From the NCBI GenBank assembly GCA_965644495.1, contig CBFFSA010000056.1, positions 1 to 51,585 of the forward strand: a stretch of 51,585 nucleotides of DNA. Direction: 5' to 3'. The translations under genes and the position numbers were made by a program. The notes under the pieces are model-generated. The model worked only from the letters and a program-made list of their open reading frames with translations. It was not told the DNA's origin and ran no database searches. Shown one piece after another: positions 9,651 to 19,934 of the stretch (positions are counted from its first letter, which is position 1; every line of letters begins with the position of its first letter). This stretch comes from Perkinsela sp. CCAP 1560/9. Taxonomy: Eukaryota; Protista; Euglenozoa: Kinetoplastea.

Positions 9651-10922
9651 CTACACCCATCCGGCACCATCAAACGAGACAGCATGTGTGGAGGGGATAC
9701 TCGGAGGGGACATGGGACACAGAACCGAGTCCGGCCCCTCACCCTGGGCCTCGCCCCCATAGGCACTCGCCCCGATCAACGGGGGACGCACCTCATCAAA
9801 CCACGGGCTGAGGAGTGCCGCCTTCGCGGAGACCCGTGCCATAGGGTCATACCGCAGCATCGAGGACAGCAGTGCCTCCCCCTCCGGGTCCAGCTCCGGA
9901 AACAGCGACCGCAGGGGCTGCGCCCTCCACTGCGGGAACTGCGGGCAGAAGTCCTCCAGCCCCTCCACGGCATGCCACACCCCCGCATTCGGGGTCCCGA
10001 GCAGCTGGAATATCTTATAGAGCTGGTCAATCTCGCAGTCCCCCGGGAACAGCGGGGTGCCACGCCCCAGCAGCTCCCCGAGTATACACCCCACACTCCA
10101 CACATCCACCGCAGCCGTGTAACTCGGGGACCCGAGCAAGATCTCCGGCGGTCGGTACCACTGCGTCACCACCTCCCGGGTGTACTCCGGGGTCGGGACA
10201 TGAAACGCCCGCGCGAGTCCAAAGTCCGCCAACTTCACCTCCTCCGCATCCGCACTCACCAGAATGTTATGCGGCTTCAAGTCCCGGTGCAGCACCCGTC
10301 GCCCGTGGCAGTGACACAGCCCCGCGAGGATTTGGAACACAATCCGCTTGATGGCGTGCCAGGTCGTTTTTGTGTTCGTAGGGGTCATGGTCTCTGCCCC
10401 CCCCTCGGCCCCCCCCTCCCCGAAGGCCCTCTCCATCCACGCCTTCAGGTCCATGTCGACGAACTCGAACACGAGCGCGAGGCGGGCGGGGGTGCAGACG
10501 ACGTCGTGGAGCCGCACCACGTTGGGGTGGTCCAGCGCGAGCAGCAGGGAGGTCTCGCGCAGCGCGGTGGCGGGGATCCCCTCCTCGGCGTCCTCCGTGG
10601 TGCGCATCTTCTTCAGCGCGACGGTGCGGCCGGTGAGGGTGTCGCGGCACTGGTACACCGCCCCGTACGTGCCCTCCCCGAGCTTCATCTGCTTCACGTA
10701 GCGCTGGGTGGGGTCCGGGGCGCCGGGGGGGAGGGGGGGCGGCGCCGGGGAGGGGGGGCCGGTGGCGTTGGTGCGGTCCACGCCGAAGGCCGGGGGGTCC
10801 GCGCCTCGGGCACGTTTCAGGGGTAGGGCCTCCTGTGTGGGGTGCGGGGGGGCGGTGACGCAGGTGGGGTGGACGTGGGTGTGGGGGAGACGGGGCTCGT
10901 GGTGACTTCCGGGGTGGGTCAT
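9651..10922 (-). CDS. CRK3: Cyclin-dependent kinase, cdc2/CRK3-like
   Basis: GEGTYG, VALKK, PSTAIRE variant EEGIPATALRE, HRDLKP, LADFGLARAF and GDCEIDQL. Orthology to CRK3 is inferred from the PxTALRE box. Confidence 0.85.
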   Translation of the reverse strand: MTHPGSHHEPRLPHTHVHPTCVTAPPHPTQEALPLKRARGADPPAFGVDRTNATGPPSPAPPPLPPGAPDPTQRYVKQMKLGEGTYGAVYQCRDTLTGRTVALKKMRTTEDAEEGIPATALRETSLLLALDHPNVVRLHDVVCTPARLALVFEFVDMDLKAWMERAFGEGGAEGGAETMTPTNTKTTWHAIKRIVFQILAGLCHCHGRRVLHRDLKPHNILVSADAEEVKLADFGLARAFHVPTPEYTREVVTQWYRPPEILLGSPSYTAAVDVWSVGCILGELLGRGTPLFPGDCEIDQLYKIFQLLGTPNAGVWHAVEGLEDFCPQFPQWRAQPLRSLFPELDPEGEALLSSMLRYDPMARVSAKAALLSPWFDEVRPPLIGASAYGGEAQGEGPDSVLCPMSPPSIPSTHAVSFDGAGWV

Positions 10923-11226
10923 GGGGGTAGGGAGGTGAGGGGTAGAGGGAATAATCGGTAAGGTTGGGGTATGGGTTCATTGTGATGCATGTGCAAAACG
11001 ATAGATTACCTTTTTTAAACACCATCTTCCTTTATTGAAGTGTGTGTACGTTCCTCTTTTACAAAATCTTAGATGGTAAGACAGTACTCACGTAAAATCA
11101 TGTGTGACTCTTTTGGTCCCCTAAAAATTAACTTCTTTCTCCACTTTCTTCCTCTTCCTGAGACTCTCTCACTTACACGCTTAGCACATGCCCCGTCCCG
11201 GGCGCTCCTCTCCCGCTTTGTACGCT

Positions 11227-11973
11227 CTACTCGGTGCCCCAGTTGTACGGGTTCTGGTTGTCCTCGACGCCCCACTCCACGTTGGACTGCGGGGGCTGTC
11301 CTGCGGCGCTGTCGGCGGCGGGGGCCGCGGCGGCCTGCTCCTCCTTCTTCTTCATCACCTCATCTGGGTCGCGGTAGAAGAACAGGTCCGGGACCACCTC
11401 CCACGGGACGTACCGCGGCACCCGGCCTCGCATCCGCAGCACCTCCCGGGCCAGGAGCCACCACAGCAGCCCGATGCTGTGGGCACCGCGGTTGTTGCAG
11501 GGGATCGCGACGTCGAGCTTCCCCATCGGGCTGTCGGTGTCGCAGAGGGCGAGGACGGGGATGTTGCAGTACGTGGCCTCGGTGATGGCCTGGTGGTCCG
11601 TGCGGGGGTCCGTCACAATGAGCAGGCGCGGCTGGCGGAAGGTCTTCTGCGCGTGATTGGTGAGCATCCCGGGGGTGAAGCGACCGGCAACATAGGTGGC
11701 ACCGGTGTAGTGCGCAAACTTCAGCACGGCGCGTTGTCCAAGGAGGCGGGAGGAGACGACCATGACGTCTTTGGGATTCTCAATGGCTACCACGATGCGA
11801 GCTGCGAGAATCAACTTTTCCCAAGTTCCGTAAAGATTGATAATATTGATGCCGTCATCCTTTTTAGTGCCCGCAATGTACCGCTCAATACCGGAAGTTC
11901 GATTTTTGGTGCCGATGTGAACCTTGCAAGCTAGCATGCGCTGCACGTCCTCTGTGGTCAGGTCGAGAGCCAT
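11227..11973 (-). CDS. RPSA: 40S ribosomal protein SA (uS2)
   Basis: [63 protein letters not shown]. Confidence 0.98.
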   Translation of the reverse strand: MALDLTTEDVQRMLACKVHIGTKNRTSGIERYIAGTKKDDGINIINLYGTWEKLILAARIVVAIENPKDVMVVSSRLLGQRAVLKFAHYTGATYVAGRFTPGMLTNHAQKTFRQPRLLIVTDPRTDHQAITEATYCNIPVLALCDTDSPMGKLDVAIPCNNRGAHSIGLLWWLLAREVLRMRGRVPRYVPWEVVPDLFFYRDPDEVMKKKEEQAAAAPAADSAAGQPPQSNVEWGVEDNQNPYNWGTE

Positions 11974-12030
11974 GATATGCTAGAGAAACAGATGAATGGA
12001 TTATAAGGTGAAAATCTAAAAAAAAAATAT
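11974..12030 (-). promoter_or_regulatory. Putative trans-splice acceptor (pyrimidine-rich tract + AG) upstream of RPSA
   Basis: Minus strand reads TTTTTTTTTTAG...CTGTTTCTCTAG CATATC ATG, consistent with kinetoplastid SL addition sites (inference). Confidence 0.4.
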
Positions 12031-12570
12031 TATTATAAGCAGAAAAAATAAAAAATGTGTAAACTCATGCAAGAGCATTTTAAACTTACACAAGTCAGGT
12101 ACAAATAGAGATACACTACCGGGAATTGTGCATCATAAATATTATAAGTGAGTATACAAGCACTAAGCAAAACAATATCTTCATTCCCCTCTTCTATCTG
12201 ATATTTGATACGTTCAATTCTATGCACATTCAAAATTCATATGAATACTGTATGACCGGTCATAACAAAATTAAATAATCCCACAAAACTCCTGTCCTCT
12301 CCAAGCTTGCGAACGGGTGACGCGGGGACCACCCCGCACAACTTTCACTGTCGCGAATTAACAAAGGAAACAAAGTCTTGAATTTATAATCACCATAGCA
12401 AACGTCATATTCGTCTGTATACACATGGGGTTACATCTGGGGGGTGTATATCAAATCAGTTGAATTCTTACAACAGGTACAATGCCCCTCGGCCATCACA
12501 CAATAGATAAACTGGCATAACGTAAATAATTTATTCGCCCAATTCTCTCCGTAAACTATGAAAGGGCGTA

Positions 12571-14690
12571 CTCCAGGAGGGGTGTCTAGGGGGGTGCCTA
12601 GGGGGTTGTCCAGGAGGGGGTTTCTAGGAGGGGGTGCCTAGGGGGGGATGTCTAGGAAGGGTGTCCAGGGGTGGTTGTCCAGGGGAGGGGTGTCTAGGGG
12701 GATTGCCCAGGAGAGGAGTGTCTAGGGGGTTTGTCCAGGGGAGTGTCTGGGGGGGTGTCGAGTGGGGGTGTCTAGGCGGTTTGTCTAGGGGGTGTGTCCA
12801 GGGGGGGGTGCATGGGAGGGATGTCTAGGGGGGGTGTCCAGGAGGGTTGTCCAGGGGGGTGTCCAAGGGGGTGTCCAAAGGGGTGTCCAAGGGGCTGTCC
12901 AGGGGTGGTTGTCCAGGGGAGGGGTGTCTAGGGGGATTGTCCAGGAGAGGTGTATCTAGGGGGTTTGTCCAGGGGAGTGTCTCGGGGGGTGTCTAGGCGG
13001 TTTGTCTAGGGGGTGTGTCCAGGGGAGGGGTGCATGGGAGGGGTGTCTAGGGGGGGTGTCGAGGAGGGTTGTCCAGGGGGGTGTCCAGGGGGGTGTCCAG
13101 AGGGGTGTCCAGGGGGGTGTCCAGAGGGGTGTCCAGGGGGGTGTCCAGGGGGGTGTCCAGGGGTGGTTGTCCAGGAGGGGGTGTCTAGGGGGGTGCCTAG
13201 GGGGGCATGTCTAGGGGGGTGCCTAGGGGGGTGTCTAGGCGGTTTGACTAGGGGGTGTGTCCAGGGGAGGGGTGCATGGGAGGGGTGTCTAGGGGGGGTG
13301 TCGAGGAGGGTTGTCCAGGGGGGTGTCCAGGGGGGTGTCCAGGGGTGGTTGTCCAGGGGGGTGTCCAGAGGGGTGTCCAGGGGGGTGTCCAGGGGGGTGT
13401 CCAGGGGTGGTTGTCCAGGAGGGGGTGTCTAGGGGGGTGCCTAGGGGGGCATGTCTAGGGGGGTGCCTAGGGGGGTGTCTAGGCGGTTTGACTAGGGGGT
13501 GTGTCCAGGGGAGGGGTGCATGGGAGGGGTGTCTAGGGGGGGTGTCGAGGAGGGTTGTCCAGGGGGGTGTCCAAGGGGGTGTCCAGGGGTGGTTGTCCAG
13601 GGGAGGGGTGTCTAGGGGGATTGTCCAGGAGAGGTGTATCTAGGGGGTTTGTCCAGGGGAGTGTCTGGGGGGGTGTCTAGGCGGTTTGTCTAGGGGGTGT
13701 GTCCAGGGGAGGGGTGCATGGGAGGGGTGTCTAGGGGGGGTGTCGAGGAGGGTTGTCCAGGGGGGTGTCCAGGGGGGTGTCCAGGGGGGTGTCCAGGGGT
13801 GGTTGTCCAGGGGAGGGGTGTCTAGGGGGATTGTCCAGGAGAGGTGTATCTAGGGGGTTTGTCCAGGGGAGTGTTTGGGGGGGTGTCTAGGGGGTTTGTC
13901 TAGGGGGGGTGTCGAGGAGGGTTGTCCAGGGGGGTGTCCAGAGGGGTGTCCAGGGGGGTGTCCACACCCAGGGGGGTGTCCAGGGGTGGTTGTCCAGGAG
14001 GGGGTGTCTAGGGGGGTGCCTAGGGGGGCATGTCTAGGGGGGTGCCTAGGGGGGTGTCTAGGCGGTTTGTCTAGGGCGTGTGTCCTGGGGGGGTGCATGG
14101 GAGGGGTGCCTAGGGGGGTGTCCAGGGGGGTTGTCCAGGAGAGGTGTATCTAGGGGGTTTGTCCAGGGGAGTGTCTGGGGGGGTGTCTAGTGGGATTGTC
14201 CAGGGGGGTGTCCAGGGGGGTGTCCAGGGGGTTGTCCAGGAGGGGGTGTCTAGTGGGGTGCCTAGGGGGGTTGTCTAGGGGGTGTCTAGGAGGTTTGTCC
14301 AGCAGGGGTGTCTAGGGGGTATCTAAGGGTTTGTGCAGCAGGCGTGTCTAGGGGGTGTCTAGGAGGGGTTGTCTAGGAGGGGTTGTCTAGGAGGGGTTGT
14401 CTAGGAGGGGTTGTCTAGGGGGGTGCCTAGGAGGGGGTGTTTAGGGAGGATGTCTAGGAGGGGTGTCTAAGAGGGTGTCTAGGGGGGTTGTCCAGGGGGT
14501 TGTCTGGGGGGGAGTCTAGGGGGGTGTCTAGGAGGGGTTGTCTGGGAGGGGGTGTTTAGGGAGGATGTCTAGGAGGGGTGTCCAAGAGGGTGTCTAGGGG
14601 GGTTGTCCAGGGGGTTGGCTACGGGGGAGTCGAGCGGGGGGGTCTAGGGGGGTGTCCAGGAGGGGTGTCTAGGGGGTGTCTAGGGGGGTG
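12571..14690 (+). repeat. G-rich satellite, ~11-12 bp unit GGGGGGTGTC(T/C)A with higher-order repeats
   Basis: Continuous G-runs separated by TGTCTA/TGTCCA. The marker GCATGGGAG recurs at 12810, 13032, 13274, 13518, 13716 and 14095. Confidence 0.95.
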
Positions 14691-15131
14691 CCTTATGTCG
14701 ATCAACATTTCGTCGGTCGTTAAAAAAAACACGCACCAGAATTTCATTTCGTGTGTATAGCCAAATATAAGTTATAATATAATATTCTAAAATAATTGAA
14801 CTGAGATAATGCACCCTACTCTTGTGATACGATATCAGAAACAGTTTTGTATAGGACTACTTTTGTATAAAACTTTCCCATTGAAAGAACTACTATCTAG
14901 TGTAAAGCTAAATCAATATAAATACGAATGGGCGGTTTGCGCAGTTGAGCGCCAAAGAAGTTTTCTGGACTCGGGCGTCACCGCTCCCAAAGTTCCAGAT
15001 TTTGCATTGAGCAGTGCGAGGCAGCAGGCACACAAATCGTCGCGACTGAAGTTGTGAAATCACAAAGCTTTGATGTGCATGTTTGCGAGAACTTCAAGCT
15101 GGAACCACGCGCAGCAAGCAGCTGAGCGCCA

Positions 15132-15673
15132 AGAAATTCACGGATCCTTGCTGTCATAAACGTGAATCAAAATAGCAAAAGAAGAAGCAATAACTCAAGT
15201 ATAAATATAACTTCCTTCAATTCAGCCAAAAATATCAGTTTCCCATTTTCTCTCATCTTCTGTCATAAACGAATCAAAAACATCACAGAATCAATTGTAT
15301 CTAACGAACGGGCTTCATGCCCACCACGTCGCGAAATGGTTGGGGGTTGGGTGGGTGGGCACGCTTATGTAGTTTTAAAGTTGGAAGGATACTAAACAAT
15401 ATAATCCTAATTTAAATCCAAATCGTTCATATGCATCTTTACGTATTTAAATGGGGGGTGTATAAACGAAGGGTGTATAAACAGGGGATGGGGGAATATG
15501 CTTGGGAAAGGACGTGCAATACCCCCCATCCACAAAAATAAGAACTTCAGTTATAGTATCCTAAATTTCATATCGTAAACTCATAGAAATTCACGGATCC
15601 TTCCTGTCATAAACGTGAATCAAAATAGCAAAAGAAGAAGCAATAACTCAAGTATAAATATAACTTCCTTCAA
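15132..15673 (+). repeat. 89-bp near-identical direct repeat (15132-15220 and 15585-15673)
   Basis: AGAAATTCACGGATCCTT...TAACTTCCTTCAA occurs twice, with one mismatch seen. Confidence 0.9.
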
Positions 15674-15689
15674 AAGCAACTTCCTTCAA

Positions 15690-17510
15690 AAGCAACAACC
15701 TGCGGAATAGGCACTTGTGTTTCTCCATTTTCTTGATCAGCAGATTTTCCACGACTTGGTCTGTACCTACGTATGCGCCTAAGACTTTTATCGCATCACT
15801 GCAAAAGTTTACTCCAAGTTTTTCCAACGGAGGAGGCTGAGCTATGTTGGGAATGTTCTTCTGAAACCAATCGCATTTCTGGAAATTAATTCGGAGGTTC
15901 ATCTCTGCGGCGATCTCACGCAGGTAAAAGAAAGCTGCCTCCAATGCTTGCACGTTTTTGGAGCTCAAAGTCACATCGTCTTGGTATGCTCGGATCTTCA
16001 CGTCAGGATAGAGGTGCATGAGTTCTCGTAGCGGGCCTTGCAAAAGTGCGCAGAAGTACATTGATGAAAGTGCCGATCCTTGGCGAATTCCTGAAGAGCT
16101 TTCGATGGTAGCAAACAGAGCATTGTGCGCAAAAAATAGCAGCTCAGAGGGAATCCCATATTCTAGGTAGAATAGGCGCATGAAAGGCTTGAAAATGGGA
16201 TTACCAAGGAGTGCCTCAGCAATGGCGTTGCGTTGTGGTGTATTATACGCGTTGCTAAAATCGACGGTGAGGAGAGCATGTCCTTCTTCGTATTCATTTA
16301 AAAGTTCGTGAACGATGGACTCACATGCGTTTTTTTGCAAAATACCTCGTTGAATTGGGGAGAAAAAATTTTGCAGAGCGTTTTCATGTCGTTGTAGAAG
16401 GATGGAACCGCAAATCTTCAGAATGGTATCCCCCATCGCAATAGGTCGAATTCCATTTTGAGGTTTCGCTAGCGCGATGATTCTGCATCGGGTTAGACGT
16501 TTTCGCACATTCAGAGGAACTTCGCCGTTGATGACATCCCGAAGCATGTGGCAAAGTGAAAGACATGACTCTTCGTCGTCTACGAGCAGTCGCATCATGC
16601 TTTCACTCAGGCCGGTTGGTCCTGGTGAAGCGCCTCTGGATAATTTTTCGGTCGCTAGGCGAACCTCTGATTTCTCAACAACGCCAGTCCGTGGGAAGTC
16701 TGCTTCCGGGATTCGTATGGCGTCGCCTTCAGGATGAAGTTGTTGAAGCTTTCGCACTTTTTCTTCAGGAGTGAGAGCTGATTCCTTGTAGACATTGTCC
16801 AGGATCCGAGTTGCTTTGCCAAGGTTTCCTGCCCGCGCCGTCTGTAGGGCGTGCCTGATCGAACGCCTGTCAATTTCTAACTCCGCCCGTTGTTCCGCAC
16901 TCAAGTTGCTAGCTTCCAAGTTTTCTCGGTCGTTGCGAACATGAGCTACTTTTTGGTTTCGTCGAATTGCTTGACGTACTGTCGCAAGTGAATCGCGAGG
17001 CGCATTCAAAAATTTGTGCCATATCGCCTCTTTTTCTGAGTCAAGCTCCGCCGCTGCATATCCCCGAATTATCGCACGGAAAATCGCCACAACATGAACC
17101 GCGAAAGATGGGTCTATTTGAGCCATAGGCGGGAGCGGATCAAGGTCACTCTGACCGTCTTCGCATGAGATGTGCTCCGCTTGTTCCTCCAAATTTTGTG
17201 TCGGCATCTCGATTTTGAATAACTTAGTGGCTTGGAGGTTACAGATTCTGATTTTATTGGACGGTGGAAGATAAAGAAAACCGCATGGACCATCGTGACC
17301 TAGAGCCGGCTCCTATGAAATCTTGACTTTCACGGTTGATTTTCGCACGGTCCTGCCTACAACGATGCCGTTTGACTTGTAGTTTGTAGTGTTCTGTCGG
17401 AAGCCCCATTCGATCACACATTCTGTACCCTTGCCCCACTTGGAAACGATGTTGTACACTTGGTCGGGCGATTTGTTGCAGAAGAATCAATGCAGAAGTA
17501 GCAGTATCTA
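15690..17510 (-). pseudogene. CRE-clade non-LTR retrotransposon fragment (N-terminal domain + RT), 3'-truncated
   Basis: ASPGPTG, ALAKPQNGIRPIAMG, VDFSNAYNT, GIRQGS, YQDD and KVLGAYVG. The same frame continues upstream of the track ORF (GTECVIEWGF...LPPSNKIRI) through an in-frame TAG at 17313-17315. Confidence 0.85.
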
Positions 17511-17802
17511 ATATATTCGAAAGGAAGATGAAGACGGGTCGGCTCACGTTATTAAAGGCGTTCCGAAGATCCACCTTACAGAACGTTATGTTCTCATTTT
17601 CTTCATTTTTTTTTTTTTACAAAGAAATATCTTATAATTAATATAAGAAATATATATAATTCAGAACTCACGTTCCCTACAAAAACTAGAGACTGTTTTT
17701 GCAGCCTCCTTCACCTTTGTTGCGCATCTTAATGCGATTTCTTTTCTTCCATTCCACCGTGCTGCGTGTTTCTCTCTCGTGCTATTTTCGCCGAAAATCT
17801 CA

Positions 17803-18197
17803 TTCCTTGTCTCGCCTCAGTGATGTTATTCATCTGTTCCATGTTGTGGCAAACGAAAGCCGAGCTGAAAAGGGTTTTAGGGCGCTCGAGACTAAGCTCT
17901 TGCTCAACATGAATCGGACGAAACGATTTCCAAGAGAGACACTGCTGCTGGTACGTGGCGCGGGCACTCCACGGGAGTACTTCACTCTCAGTGTGGGCAG
18001 TCGTCTGGCTTCTTCCTTGTCTCGCCTCAGTAATGTTATTCATCTGTTCCATGTTGTGGCAAACGAAAGCCGAGCTGAAAAGGGTTTTAGGGCGCTCGAG
18101 ACTAAGCGCTTGCTCAATATGAATCGGACGAAACGATTTCCAAGAGAGACACTGCTGCTGGTACGTGGTGCGGGCACGGAACGGGAGAACTTCGCTT
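17803..18197 (+). repeat. 210-bp tandem duplication, each unit carrying the GAGC-N18-GCTC dyad motif
   Basis: Units start at 17803 and 18013; motif at 17862-17887 and 18072-18097. Confidence 0.9.
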
Positions 18198-18353
18198 TTA
18201 GAAGGCAACCTTTCCGTCACTCCCCGCAAAACCTGGACGTGTCTCCGCCTGATGGGGCAGTTGCCCCGTCGTATCATGAAACGTAAAACTGAGTAGATAA
18301 ATCAACAAGATCAACGAAAGGACCTAATATATTCGAAGGCAACTAATCAATAC

Positions 18354-18881
18354 TTATTTGTACGGAGATATACGTGTGGTAGTGAATTTGTTGCCGGCCT
18401 GTGTCATTAGCTCCTGTACTCGATCTTGCGTCGATCCATCGTCGTCCAGACACATTGTATCACTGGTCTCGCTTTCTGTTTCGGACATTTCTTTGGCTGG
18501 GTCCTCTTGGATATGGTTTTCGTCATGGGCTATGTTCTCGTGTGATTGACTCGTAGATCCGATGCGGAAGTTCTTGGCTTTGATTTTGATTAGATTCCGC
18601 GATGTGATTTCACACGGAGGCTCATGGTCCGCCCAATTCGGGGCTAGTGTTTTGGAACCTATTATCTTGATCTTTGGAGTCTTCTTCACCTTCACTGGTG
18701 TCTCCGTGTGCGATCCTGATTCTTCTGCTACCTTTATTCCGTTCGTCTTGCTTTGATCTCGTTGAGTACGTTGTTTTTCAACTCTCCCGTGAGACTTCCC
18801 GTTGTTCACTGTTGTTCTGCTGCCCTTTTTCCGCGTGTTTTCGGAATCTAAACGAGAAGACGTACGAGAAAGGCGTGTCAT
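18354..18881 (-). pseudogene. Low-complexity basic/acidic ORF, possibly the N-terminal piece of a retroelement ORF
   Basis: The MTRLSR start resembles the MGMLTRSRAK starts of CRE copies. It lies among CRE fragments; no domain recognised. Confidence 0.3.
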
Positions 18882-18944
18882 AAGCGTAGAAAAATAGAAA
18901 ATTAAAATGAATCAACAAGGTACAGATGGTGTTCAGATGGTTCA

Positions 18945-19845
18945 GATGGTGTTCTGATGCAAGGATCCGCAAGAAAAAACCGGCAAGCATTGGAAAGCTA
19001 CGTCAGGGATCTTTCCTGATTCTACGTATGTTTGATGCTTCCGTTTTATTGCTTCTTTTGCCAGGTTCGCGCATGTCTTACTAATGATCGACGGCGCAAG
19101 CTCGTGAATCACTGTAAGGTCGTAAAACAGTTCGCCTGTTGACCAATAAATCACGAGGTCAGGGCCTGACCTGAACAACTGCCGCCCTGAGCATGTCTTC
19201 TCATGAATTCCCCTGTTTTCCGGATTCACAGCCACTTTACATGTGGCGCACTTCCAGGAACTGAAGGCCCTAGGTTCACGTTCGCAAGGTATCCCTGACT
19301 TTTGACTTAGGTCAAAGAGGTATTTGACGAGACGATTGTGCTTCACGGTAGCGTTCTGCCCCGAACACTGAGCGCACCCTGGGATATGTACCAAAGCAGT
19401 CTTATTGTTCAGCAAAGTCTTACAACCTGGACATAGGATCGTTGCTGGGATTCTTGGGTGAGGAATTCCAAGTCGTGCCATAACTGGTATTTCAAAGGCA
19501 TGTGAGGGAACGAAGCGGACCTCCGATTTAAGCCAATCATAATTTCCCTTTCGGGTTGTTACCCTTAAAATATTAGAATACTCCGGATCTTGTTTTAACC
19601 TCGCAACCACTTTTTCGTGAAGTACCGCTGCCGTCGTAACTTCATCCATAGGTGGCAAAGCTGAATTCTCTTCTTCTCCAGTGTAAGGGACGTTTTGGTT
19701 TGGCAACCAAGCCCGAGCAGTAAAAGATTTTATTCGCTCAAGAGCTTGGTAGCGTGATGCCAAATATGCCGCTTCACGAACCTTTGAACAAGACGTCAAT
19801 CCTAGGCCTCCCTTTTTCATGGGCAGCCGGGCCATCTCCACCTCC
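18945..19845 (-). pseudogene. CRE-clade fragment (thumb, zinc knuckle, restriction-like endonuclease)
   Basis: RLPMKKGGLGL, CPGC..HIPGC, KHN, EREP, SGPDL, FYDLTVIH; truncated at both ends. Confidence 0.85.
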
Positions 19846-19934
19846 TTTTCCGTCTTTTTTTATTCAAATATAATCCCTCCTGAATTTCAATCCGTAAACT
19901 TTTAGTGTTTATGAAGAGTCTTTTTTTCCTCGTT

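Noticed and set aside
8576-11934. Long antisense and alternative-frame ORFs over bL27m, CDK and RPSA
   Set aside because: Expected by-product of very high GC3; no recognisable motifs.
12634-14760. Gly/Cys/Pro-rich ORFs in the satellite
   Set aside because: Translations of the G-rich repeat.
17699-18286. ORFs on both strands over the 210-bp duplication, and the 44930-45511 ORF
   Set aside because: The shared motif falls in different frames in different copies and no domain is recognisable.
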